64,000 nucleotides of DNA from assembly GCA_012295275.1 (NCBI GenBank), contig CM022679.1:7192001-7256000 (forward strand), written 5' to 3'. Source of the stretch: Chrysomallon squamiferum (lineage: Eukaryota; Animalia; Mollusca). The translations under genes and the position numbers were made by a program. The notes beneath the pieces were generated by a model that was not told the DNA's origin, ran no database searches, and worked only from the letters and a program-made list of their open reading frames with translations. Each line of letters begins with the position of its first letter. Position 1 is the first letter of the stretch. Shown one piece after another: positions 17,701 through 31,082 of the stretch.

Positions 17701-18302
17701 TGATTATTAGGAAGTAATTTTTAAAAAAAAGTTATATTTTATATTAAGAAACTTTTGGATTTAAAATTTATATTCATTGTAATAATTTTTATGTAATATA
17801 TATTTATATTTATAACATATATAACAATCAAAGGTTATGAAATATATAGACAAAATAACACAAGAAAATTCAAAATGATCAAATTCTTTTTTTTTTATCT
17901 GAAATCATAAAATCAGTAAAGAAATAAAACAAATCCAAAAACTTCATAAAATATAATTTACTACTACTACTACTAATAATAATAATAAATTTACAATTAC
18001 TTTTATGCATATAATAATAACATTACAGAATGTAATACTGCTGCTGAAACAGTATTTAAAGTAAACTTTGTAAACAAGCCCTGTTAATGCCCCTTCTTGA
18101 GGAAGTTTTACTTAACAATTTTACATTTAAATTCACTGTAGTTATATAAGAAATAAATCAAGGAAAACTTCATCTATTAAAACAATCTGTAAAATTAATT
18201 AAAAAAAGAAAAGAAAAAAGAAATAACAAATAATAATTTACAAAACTAAAAATAATTAATAAAAAAGTTAAATAAATAAATAAATAAAATAATAAAAATA
18301 AA

Positions 18303-18366
<64 letters not shown>

Positions 18367-19921
18367 GCATATTTATTTTTGAGAACAATTTTTATCCAGG
18401 AACCTAATTAGTTAAAAATTACTTTGTTAAAAGAAACAATGAAAATAAAGAAATAGAATAATCCCAAACCCCATCAAAAACCCCCAAAACAAAACATAAT
18501 AACAGTTAAGTTTTGTTTCTTCAGGTAACTGAAGCAGTTGAGTGTCACACATCAAGTGACTGTAATGCAGATGAATGCTGTGCTAAGCGAAATGGTCCTC
18601 TTATTTTAAGCAAGAGGCAGCTGATTGGAGCCATCCAACCATCTGTTGACACAGTGGGTAAGCAGTTATGCTAACAATCCAGAATACAAATTAACTATTG
18701 ATGTTGACAAAACACAGTGGGTAAGCTATTCTCCCAGTAATCAAGAACACATTTTAACAACTAATGATGACAAAATGAAGTAGGTAATCTATTAGGCCAA
18801 TATTAAAGAAATCAAATAAACAACTAGTGATGCCAAAAGTTAACTGAATTTTCATCACATCTATTTCTTATTTACTACAAAGATAATTATTTTCATTCAA
18901 GCATAGTTCATTAACATTACAGTTTTTTAAAAAGCAAGGCTTTATTTCTGCTTTAATGGTAGTTAAAATTAAAGCTATTTCTATTACTTCTGTCTAATTA
19001 TTAATTCAAGCACTAATTAATTTACAGACTTTGATTCCAGTATGTCTGAGAAATAATTATTCATTACTTTTATTCATTTACACACAAAGATTTTGATTAA
19101 CTATTTAAAACATAAATTTACAAAACAATTTACTAATTTTGTTATTTAAATAGGTGTAATATTATTGAGTATAAGTAAACTGTGCATTATTATGTATACA
19201 CTACCATCTACGTTTTGTTAAAACAGATTAGCTACAGTTAATATGATAAATAGGTGATTCTTTTTTTTATCCAAATTACATTTGAGAAAAAGCTGCTAAG
19301 TATTGTCATACTATAAATGATCTGATAGTCAGCAGTTTCTCTTTCTCCTTCCTCTCCAAAAACTCCAACAAAAATTTATTCTTTTTCTACTGATTGCTTT
19401 TAAGTATTTCCATAGTAAATTCAAACTAAATTTGTTAATAATAATAATATTTAATAATAAATAAATAAATAAATACATTAATTTTTTCTTTTCTTTTTTT
19501 AAATAAAATTTTATTTAATTTGTTTTTATTACTATTTCTTTCTATTATTGTCAGGTACATGTAGGAGATACAACTTAGAGGGAGAGCACTGTAGTATTTT
19601 TGACAAGCCCAATGGTTTCTGTGGTTGTGCTGCAGGACTACAATGCACCTATGTAAAAACCAGCCTCAGATCAGCTGCAGCCTTTCCAGGCTTCTTCCAC
19701 TGCTCTAAGAACTAAGTGATAATTTTTGCTTGAACTCTAAGTGCCATGGATTCGCATTAAATCTAACACAATGATATTTGCAAATATTCATTTTCATGAG
19801 AGTGTAAAATGATAAATAAATTGATGAAATCTGAAATTTGTATCACAATAATTTATTATTATAGTATTATTTCTTTTTCTCTTTATTATATCGTTGTTTA
19901 TCTGTAACTTATTCAGATTAA

Positions 19922-19959
<38 letters not shown>

Positions 19960-20076
19960 TTTCTAGCCCTGATTTTACTACAATGAATAAAAAAATAATA
20001 AAAAAAAAAAAAAAAAAAAAAAAATCACTATTTCACTGCATGTTTTGAAACATTTGGCTGATAAATTAAAAATTAA

Positions 20077-20109
<33 letters not shown>

Positions 20110-23100
20110 TGTAATTATAATAATAACAAAAGCAACAAAAATAATCACAAATCCTACACAAACTAATGAGGAGGACAAAATGTTAAGAACTTTAACAAAT
20201 AATTTATTCATCTTTTCATTATAACTAAGTAAATAAATAAATAAGTAAATAGTAAGTAAGTAAATAAATAAATAAATAATATAATGATTTAAAACACATC
20301 TTTCTTTTATCTTCCATTGATTGATGTTTTACAAAGTAATAATTATTCAAAATAAATAAATAAATAAATAAATAATATTACTTTTTCTTGCTGTTTATCA
20401 CTTTTAAATTATTAGTCAGTTATGCCCATTACATCTACAATGTGATAAAAAACTATGAATTAATGTTCTATGTAAGTAAAGTGTAAACTCTGGACTTGAG
20501 TATGCATTAAAAAGAATAAAAAATAAAAAATAAAATAAAAAATAAAATAAAAAATAATAATGAAAAAACAATTAAGCAATTGTTAACTGTGCCTCTTTAG
20601 TGTCATTAATTGTGAAATATTACCACATACAAGAGAACCTGCCTGTAACTGAAACATACATACGTGAAGTATTATAACATACAAAAATAATAATGAACTT
20701 ACATAATTAATAATTAATCCCTTATCTGAAATATTTTGGGCCAGAAGATATTTGAAAAATCCACATTTTGAGAATATAATAAGAAATCCTAAACCAGATT
20801 ATTTCTATTTCTGCATGTATCCATAGGCTGAAGATAATTTTATAAAATATTTTAAAAAGTTGGTTATGCCAAACCATCAGAATGCTAGGCTCTCAACATT
20901 TTAAAAGTTTAAAATTTTTAGTTTTTCAGATATGAAGATTTTGTTAAGAGATGCTCAAGCTATATTTATAAGTGTACAAATAATAATTTTGTTAAACATC
21001 TGGCTTTGGTAAACAAATGGGATTTCTCTTATTATTAAAAATTATTTACTAATGTTGAAAAATAAAAACAAATATACACATCATTATTTTATGAATATAA
21101 CTATATATAAAACAAATAAAATTAGAATGCTGGCTGAAATATCAACAAAACTAAGGGGATATTTATTTTTCATTCATTAACTGCAGCACCTAAATTCAAG
21201 TTAAAGAGGAAATATTTGTGAATTCCAAAACTATAGTTATGCAAATGTAACAAGAATATTTTGGGAGTAACAATTCAGAATAATTCAGATATTATTCTTA
21301 TTCTTATACTTCTTCTTCTTCTTATTATTATTATTATTTAGTGTCATTAGGTTAAAGAAATAACATTTCAAAAATGCTAATGAATAAGAATTAAAATAAC
21401 TTGTGGTTAACAATCTTTAATGACATGTAAAGGGAAGTAATCTGTACTGAATGATACACAAACCAATAATATTTCCATTACCACAAAACTCGTTTTAAGT
21501 AAAAATAAATTATTAATAACTACATTACTACATAAGAAATAAAGATCTTTTCTCTTATTAAACATTTAATACATAAAGGGATAATTACATAAATATTTTT
21601 AAAAATAAAAAAATAAATTAAAAAATTTATAAAACATTTAATAAAGGGAACTTTATTAACCTGACAGAGAAATTACAAAAACAATAATAAAATAAAATGG
21701 AAAATTAGGTTTTAGGAAAAGAAATCATTTTGTAATAAGAATAAGAAAATGTTTACAATTTCCAAATCTCAAACAAAACATGCTCTGTATCACAGGAATG
21801 ATGAGTAAAATAAATAAAGTCTCTCTATAGGTAAATCATGCATGACGGTTACTTTGGTTATAATAATTATGATAACATTATTACACTATATAATTAGGAA
21901 TAATATAAAAATAACAAAATGTTATTCACCTCAGCTGACTTCTGACCTCTTTCAGAATATTCTTTCTCTATATCCTTTAGTCTCTGATTAGTCTACAAGT
22001 TAAAGTATACAATGAATAAAAATTAAAAAAAAAAAATTTAGAGTCGATCATGAGATGGGACAAAATGATTATATTTAGGAATGTTAGGACAGCAAGCAAG
22101 ATGATAAAAATATTATAATAATTTTTAATGTCAGTTATTAATTCACATGCAATTTAAACAAATTTCTTGAAATTAATTTATGCAAATACCTAACAAATTT
22201 TTTGTATTGTCTCAATCCAAAAAAATTAGCTGTTTCATAATTAATATATTGAAAATATTATTTAAATTGAACATACATAGTTAGTCTGAGTTTTTGAACT
22301 TTTATATTATTATTAATATTATTTAAATGATATGAATTCTACACTCATCTGCATGAATAAATTTAAATAATGCAGAACTGCAATTACAAACATGCATATA
22401 TGTGTGATCACACATGCACACCCACACCCACACATTCATACCCAAAACAAAACAACTAACTGCTAAATACAGTTTACGCAAAAAAGTCTATTAAAAATTT
22501 CTGTGAATGTTTCTTACTCAGCCTGTGCAAACAACCAAGTATGATTATAAAATACCAAGTTTGAGGAGATGCATATAATAATTAGCTTTGTGGATCTTAT
22601 TTTATCTTTATATATCATAACCTCAGAATCAAGAAAAACAAAAAAGCATCCATGTATTTCATGTCATTATGGTATTTATGAGTTTATGTTCAAATATCAA
22701 CATATCCTATAAAACCAGTTAATGTTCAGATAAACATACAACAATTACTTGAATGTTCATATCATTACACATACAAATTAAAATAATTCTACAGTAGGTA
22801 CTTTAATCTAGTTAGGCATAAAATAAGCTGATTTTTATTTAAATGTATTACACATATAATTAATCTATTATTTGTACAACCACAGATATATATTGTGAGA
22901 ATTCACAGTAGATAATTTATGATTTATTCTAGCAAGATACAAAACAGATACTTGAAAATATGTATAAAAAAAGGTAATTAAAATTTAAAGTGATTTTTTG
23001 AACAATTTCAGATACATATTAAAAAAGACTTTATATAATACTTTGTTCTAAGAGGTATAAAACTATCAGATCCTTACCTTTTCCAGCATGTTCTCCATCT

Positions 23101-26100
23101 CTGTACTGTGAGTTTTCTGTAACTCCAGTCTCTGCTGCTCCAGTTCACTGCGCAGACGTGAAATCTGAAACAGTGAAAAATGTGAAACTGACTGGTACAA
23201 TAATATTAAAATGTATGTAAAAAGGAACAGATTTATATTATTAGTTTTATATAAATATGTTAAATCTTCTTGTATTAAAATTATCTATTTAAAACTGGAT
23301 ATGAATAGTTTGTAAAGATATATAAAGAATATGATACTTTACTTAACATTTTAATAAACATTACATATGACAGAACTTTCCAAAAGCAAATTCTGTCTCT
23401 GTTAGAAATAACTTCATTGAATGAAATATTTAAATTAAGAAGTAAAATATAGTCAGTTAGATATCTGTTTATAATAAACATGATTTGAAGTCAGCACTAT
23501 CCATTCCTTAGTCAAAAAACCAAAATACAAATGAACAGAAGCATGGTTTATTAATCTCATATGGTTAAAGAATTTTTTCGGTGCAGATAGTTGAATGTGT
23601 TTAACTGTAAATATACTGACATTAAAATTAATTAATTGTCAGACACTTGTTTAGTTGCATCTTGTTATTATTAGAATCCAAATATTTCTCAAGCAGATAT
23701 AATCAATGTCCAGCCATTTATATGTCTAATGAAAATTTCAAAACTTAATTTCTTTTCAGAGGCTAATAAATTATAGGTCCAAAAATTATGTATAAGCAGT
23801 GCTGATTTAAACATATAATGTATAATTTTAAATTGTTCACAGTACATCTGCTTCGTGGTCTCTCTGCATCTTTTGTTTTTCTTCTTCTCGGAGCAAACCC
23901 AACTCTACAAGCTGTTGTTTTCTCAGCTGATTTGATTGAACCAATTCTTCTCGCAGTTCTCGAATCTGTGCTTCAAATTCAGAGATGGTCTGAAAATAAA
24001 ACAAAACGAAAATAAAGTAAATATATTAGAATTAAAAAAAAAAGAAAAAAAAAAGAAAATGAAGAGCAAGAAATAAAGACAAATAAATAAATGGATGACA
24101 ACACCCCCACTCTGAAAAACAAAAATCTGAAAATGAATATATATTTTTTATATTTAATTATTAAAATATCATATTTTTGCCCTTAAATTAAATGCCAGTT
24201 AGTCATTAATAAAATCCATATAAACATAATCATAATGTAGCTTCTTACATATAGGAACAGCATCAACAAGAAAATGAATAGCTTTAGATTTATTTTCACC
24301 TAAATTTTACCACCATATTAAAGATATTGAAATTAAACAAAAATATTTTTAAAAAATCATCATCTTCAAGGATTATTTAAAAAAATAAAAAAATAATAAA
24401 AAAATAAATCAGTCCGAAAGATGATTACTTCATTTTAATAATTTTTTTAAAATTCAAATGACAAGTTTTTGGATTAATTAAAAATACAAATACTAAAAAA
24501 ATATTTAAAAGTAATTTTATATTTTTAGTATTTTTTTCATATAGCTTCAGAACCTTTGAGTCTTTCTCATGCCGAGTTCCAAGTCTTGTTTCTAGTTCTT
24601 GCATTTCCTTCTGATGCATCTCTTTCAGTGTGTCCAGGTCCTTCTCGTGTTCTGATGTCATGTATTCCTTCTGAATGTGAAAATCACGAAGCAGCTGTGC
24701 CTTCTCTGTGTCAAACATCATTTTTAGTTCCTGAAGCTACAGGATAATGAAAATATAAGTAACTGTAAACAATATTTATTATAAATGTATAATTTTCTGA
24801 AATTTTTTGAAATTTTGAATTTTATTTTTATTTTAAAAATATTTATTTCTTAATAAAATGATATTTGTTCATATTATCAGGTACAGAACAAAAAGACTTT
24901 AGGGTCCTTATATCAAGGTAAATATAAAATAGAGTGATTTTTTTACCATATATCTGGTTTAATTGCTTAGGGACTGTTTGTAACTGGTACATTAATTGTA
25001 AACTCAGGAACACAACTCAAACATCAGGTTCATACAGTATAGGAAAACAAAGTTAGATTCATACATAGAAACACATGTTTTGGAAAATATCTCAAGTTTA
25101 AAAAATCAAAATCTGTTGAGACAGAGCAGATGATCTATCATTACATACAGAAGTTAAAAAGGATTTAGTGCAAAGGGAAGTACATAAATAATGTAAAATA
25201 AATGGACATCCTGTGGTGGATATTGTCTCTAATAAACTGGTTGTCTTCAAGTGTTAACTACTTTTAATCAAACATCCAGTGCTGTTTATATTAGCTGATG
25301 GATATTTGAAGGCAAAGCCATGCTGAGCAATACAATATTAAACAAAGCCAAAGGAACAAGTGTTATACTGAGACTGAGTTGTGAGATATGCTTGCTGTGT
25401 TAAAACTGGATTACCTCTCTGTCATGTTTGTACATCTGTTCATCTAACTGTTTTCTGAATTCTTTTGACTGTTTCTCTCGAAGCTGCTTGGATTTATTTA
25501 AGTCTGTTTCCACTTGTTCCATCTACAAAACAGTTTATGATCATGAAAAAAATAACAATTAATGTTCAAGTATATCACACAAAATAGTTTTAACTCAAGT
25601 ATATCCTGAAATAACAGTTAATCGACTCAATGTTCTGTAAAATATTCATGTTCAGGTATATTATATAAAACAGTTATTGTTCATGTATATCCTATAAAAT
25701 AGTTTATGTTCAAATATGTTCAAGTTTATGTACAACCATTACAATTTTAGAATTGTACTTACTAAGAAAATTGGAACTAAATAGTATGCAGACGATTACC
25801 TATACTTTGTTGATGAAAAATTTATTACCTGTTTTTTCATGCCATCATAAACCTTTATTTGGTTCTTCTCAACCTGTGACTTAAACTCTTGCAATGCTTT
25901 CTCTGACTGGACAGCTTGGTCGTGAATCTGTTCTTGTAATTTTATGTTTTCTTTGTCTTTATCTCTATTAAAATAAAACACACAATATTAAACAGAGAAG
26001 AGTGATAATATCTTAAATATAATGTAGTGCAGTGTAGTGAGAAAAAAAAAAATGAGAAGATCTTCTAAAGTGAAAATCTTGGAGTGTACAGATCATCTTC

Positions 26101-27744
26101 TGTTACTTCATGAAGGCATTTTTGTGTATAGAAATGTGTAAAACCAATTAGACTGGTCAATGTTTTTAACACCACTGAAAGATGAATACTTACTGTACCA
26201 GCTGTTCAAGTTTGTTAATTTTCTTTTGTGCATCCTGTTCTAACTGTTCCATTTCTTTCTTCATGCTGTGAATCTGAACCATATTATAAATTATATATAT
26301 AAAATAGTTGATGTTTGTATATTAACAAATGGTAAAACAATTATATGAGGCATAATAATAGTTACCTTACAAAGGGCATCAAAAATAAAATAAATAAATG
26401 AAATTTTTTATTATCTATATATCTCAGTCACAATTCTATTATTTCTCTACCACTATATAATATATAATAAAAACAAAATCAAATCCAAGATATTCTCTAA
26501 AAAAAAAAAAAAAAACAAAAACAAATATGTAATGAATATAATTTAACATTAAACCTAGAATAGTGGTAAACAATAATCATAATATTAATGAATTTTTTTG
26601 AAATATGTGATTGTTTATTATTATTATTTTAGTTAAAGAGTGATACACTAATTGAAACAATATATCTTATTAAGGAAAAACATTTTTTAGAAGACTTGTT
26701 TTGGGGTACCTGTTTATCATGAAGGTTTTCTGTATGTAGCTTGTCTTGCTGGTGAACCTGTTCCAATTCCTGTAACAATAATAAAGCAAATAAATAAAAA
26801 GTATTTGAAATGTTAACAAATATTTAAATAAAAAAGATCTCTTTAAGAATTATGGCTGTAAATGTGTAATGCACATTTTAAAATTTTCTAAAGTGAAAAT
26901 GTCAACCAAACTTTCCAAAAACATAGGTGTAATTATATAGTTAATGTGTAACTGTACTGGTACAAACAAAGTATGTAAAAACATAGCAGCCTATATATAT
27001 TTCCTTGGCATCTTGATTTCCTTCATGCTTTATTATTAACAAAGATTAGCAGGGAGTATAAATCACATAGCAGTATATAAAATGTACTGAGGCTATATTG
27101 TTCACATCAACACACTATAATATATATTTGATGAATCTATCAAATGTTAATTAAAATAAATTTAATAGAGGGTGTTAAGTTGAAATAAAACATTTACATC
27201 TGTCATAATAATATACTTCCCAGTTAATCACTCATCCAGATCACACAAGATACATTTGAAAATTACATTTTCTCCATACATTATTAGCATTAAGCATATC
27301 ATTTTTTCAAAACATAAAGCATTATTGCTAACCTAGTGGTAGAAAAACCTAAAGCAGCTAGTCAAAGTAATGAATTATCAAAATTGTTTTGGTACAGAGT
27401 TTTTGTGACAGTGTTTTTCTTGTGTCCAGTAATATTCTTCCAGTTAAAACTGAGATAGGAGAAAACTATCTAATTAGTAAGCAGCTGAGAGCACTTACCA
27501 AGCCAGTGAGATTATGATTTAAGTACTGTAAAATAATGTGATCATTCTTGTCTCCAAAACAGAAATAATTTAAAATACTTTGTGCACTGGTTTGATGCAC
27601 CATTGTAATTCAGACAATTGAAATAAGTAAACGTATACAAAATGTCCACAAAGTATGGCTAATCAAATAAAGAACTGTTTTCCTAAAATCACACAACCAT
27701 ATAAGCATGTGTCCACAAACATGTGGGTGCACAAGCACAAGCAC

Positions 27745-27794
<50 letters not shown>

Positions 27795-30700
27795 GAAAGC
27801 AATTAGTAAAATTAAGAATAACATACTGGTCAATTTCTAATGATATATGTATACATTTGTAATTCTGACATCAGACATAACTGAGTTACAAAAGATTTTA
27901 ATAACTAATTAAATTAAGTATACCTTCAAGAGAAATCTGCACACAGAATTCTACTACACTATTATACACTTCCTAATCAGAAGGGATAATTTTATCATAA
28001 ATAAAAACAATAATTTACTAAATAAATTAACTGAGAAATAAACAAAACTTACCCGAATCTGTCTTTGTCGTTGTTCTTCAGTGTCTTTCAGAAGTTTCTT
28101 TGTGTGTTCTAGCTGTTGTTGCAGATCTTCTATGGTGTCCATTGCCTGACAAATAAACAAAAAAAAAAATAACAAAAAAAACAAAAAAAAAATAAAAAAC
28201 ACACTTATACTAACCCCTCCACAGAGAAATAAATTATAAAATGATCAGTCTTGATAAAAAAAAAAAAAAAAATAAAAATAATAATAAAAATAAATAAAGT
28301 GAAAGGTCTGAAACATCATCCAAGGTTAAAATTACTATTTACATGTTGTACAAGTACCTTAGCAGCTGACATTGTTTGTTCCTGTTTCAAAAACTCGAGA
28401 CTTGCTTCAGTTTTGTGTTTCAAAGTTCTCATCTCGTGTTCGTGCCCGGCTATCGTGTTCTGGTGATCTCGTTCTTGTTGCAGTAGACGATCTCGCAGTT
28501 CAGACACTTCTTCTTTCAGTTTACTGTTGTTAGTCTCCAGATCTGCCACATGCTGCTCAAGACTAACCTTCTGTTTCACTGTCTTCTCCACCTCCTCAGT
28601 CAACTGCTGAACTCGCATTTCAAGCTCCTTAATAACAGCACCCTGAACAGAAACACATTGTTACAATTTTAAAACATTACTTTAAAATATTTTAAGAAAT
28701 AGAAACAATTTCTTAATAAAATTACCTTGAATTATTAATATTTAGTTTGTTCTTAAGTTGTTTTACTTGAAATGTGAATATTTATTATCATTACTCTGAA
28801 GTTTCAACAAAGCTTGAAAACACTGATTGTGTGCTGGTGGAAAAGAAAATTTCAAAATAAACCTTAATTCTAGTAAAGCTGTTTTAATTATTTTAGTATT
28901 AATTAATAGTTGATATAAATGGATCTTATTTTTATTTATTTTTAGTCATAAATATATAATGTCCTAAACTTTTCACCATTTTCACATATTTTTAAACCAG
29001 AGCAAATGATATCTATGTGAAACAAACTGGACATACAGGAATATAACAACACCTAATTACATTTTAAACTTAATGGTTATAATGTACTAATCACACATTT
29101 CTGGTATAATGATAAGTAAAAGAACATCACATTTGCTGCTCTGTCAAAACATGTGACTGGATTTGAAAAATGCCCAGACATTTTATAAGAAGATCTTTCT
29201 AAGCTTCTAATTATGGAAGAACTACTTCAAAAAGCTGTTTGAAGGAATATTAAAAACCATTATTTGTAACAAGAAACAATAGCTCTTACTGTAGACTCAG
29301 TCTGTTGTATGTATTCTCTTTCCATTCGTTGAAGTCTAGAGTTGGTGTCATCAAGGATTTCTTGAATGTTTTTTGTGTGTTGTTTCTGCATCTCAAACTT
29401 TTCCTGTTCAAACTCTGATTGGGCATCATGCAACTATAGAAAAAAAAAAATATATATCACATAGTACACTTTAACTTTTGTTTGTATAAAAACACAAAAA
29501 TGTTGCAGTTTAATAATTAATTAGTGATTCTGGAAAATTATTTTCAACAATTAAAGAAAAATTACTGGACCCTGTTTCTGTGTATGTGTGTGTATCTACA
29601 TTTGGGTACATATGCAGGTGTGTATGTGATGTGTGTGTGTTAAAGAAATAACAGTGTAAAGAAAATAATGAGATATATTGTTTTCAATACCTTTTTGTCA
29701 AACTCTGCCTTCTTAGCTGCAGCAGTTTCATCAATCAGCTTCTTCAGTTCAGTTATTTGTTTGTCTTTCGTTTCTCTCAGTACTTGAGATTCCTTTACCA
29801 ATGAGTGAACTGAAATACAATTCAAAAATGAAAATTAATTGATAAAAAGATAAGATTCATTCTAATAATAATACTAAAATATTTAATTACACATACTCAC
29901 ATACACACGAAATCAAAGAAATAAAAATTACAAAATAACATTTAATATTAGACAAATAATATATAATAATGACTACTTTTTCTTTCAAGTTTTGTGATAG
30001 TTTCTTCCAAGTCCTGAGCTTTTCCTCTGTAATGACTTTTCACATCTTCAATTTCTGCATTTTTTCTTTCAAGGATCTAAAATAAAGAAAATATTTGTTT
30101 AGTGAATGTCAGAGTTGTAAAATAAATATGGTATTTCAAGGGTAAATTTTGTAGTAAATATGTTTTATATACTTAACTGTTATTCTATGTAAACCTGAGA
30201 TTTTCAAATGTTTTTTCAACTATACTCCTTGTAGAACATATTTGGTTGATGCATACCATATTCACTTTTTCAAACATTATAGCAGAGCAACTGCTATATG
30301 GTCAGTTAACATATGAGCAGAATGTACACAGTGCTTTAATTGGATAAAATAAAATGCAAAATTAAAAATGTAAAAAAAAAAAAAAAAAAAAAATTATGGG
30401 CTATTTCTGAAGGTCAGATGGGAATTTATATAAAAAGAAAAGGGTTGTAAATATAATAATAAAATATAATTCAAAAGTTAGAATGAAAAATCCAGATATA
30501 TTTAAAAATAATTATTAAGTACACAGATATTTTGTTACATGGTTATAAGTTTTAAATTTATTTTATTATTATAAAAGACCTCACCTTCTGAACAGCTGCA
30601 TCATGTTTTTGTTGTAATTTTAACTTTTCCTCATGGTATTTAGCTTCAATCATTTTAGCTCGCAGTTCAATCTAAGTAAATATAAATTAATTTGGTTACA

Positions 30701-31044
30701 TTTCTCACAAAGAAATGTGTCATCATAAATATTTCAGAATTATAAAAAATTCTCAAGAAAAACAAAATAATAATAAAGAAAGGAATTATGTAAAAAGTAC
30801 AACCATTTATTTTAGATTGATAATACACAATGATTTTATTAAATTAATCCCTTTCTATGGCAAAAATCAATATATTTTATTTCTATGATTAATAATAATA
30901 ATACTAATAAATAAATAAAACAAATAAAAATAAAAATGTAATAAAAATGAAAAATGAACTGACCTCTCTGTCTGTAGATGGACCAACAGTATCTTCTTGA
31001 AATGTTGTTCCTGCAAGGAGAAAAAAAAAAAAAAAAAATTAATA

Positions 31045-31082
<38 letters not shown>

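Noticed and set aside
18170-20211. Poly-Leu and poly-Ile ORFs (18170-18388, 19978-20211) and similar ones at 30839-31233, 48590-48814, 53720-53959, 54369-54617 and 57329-57526
   Set aside because: They are translations of microsatellites and A/T runs.
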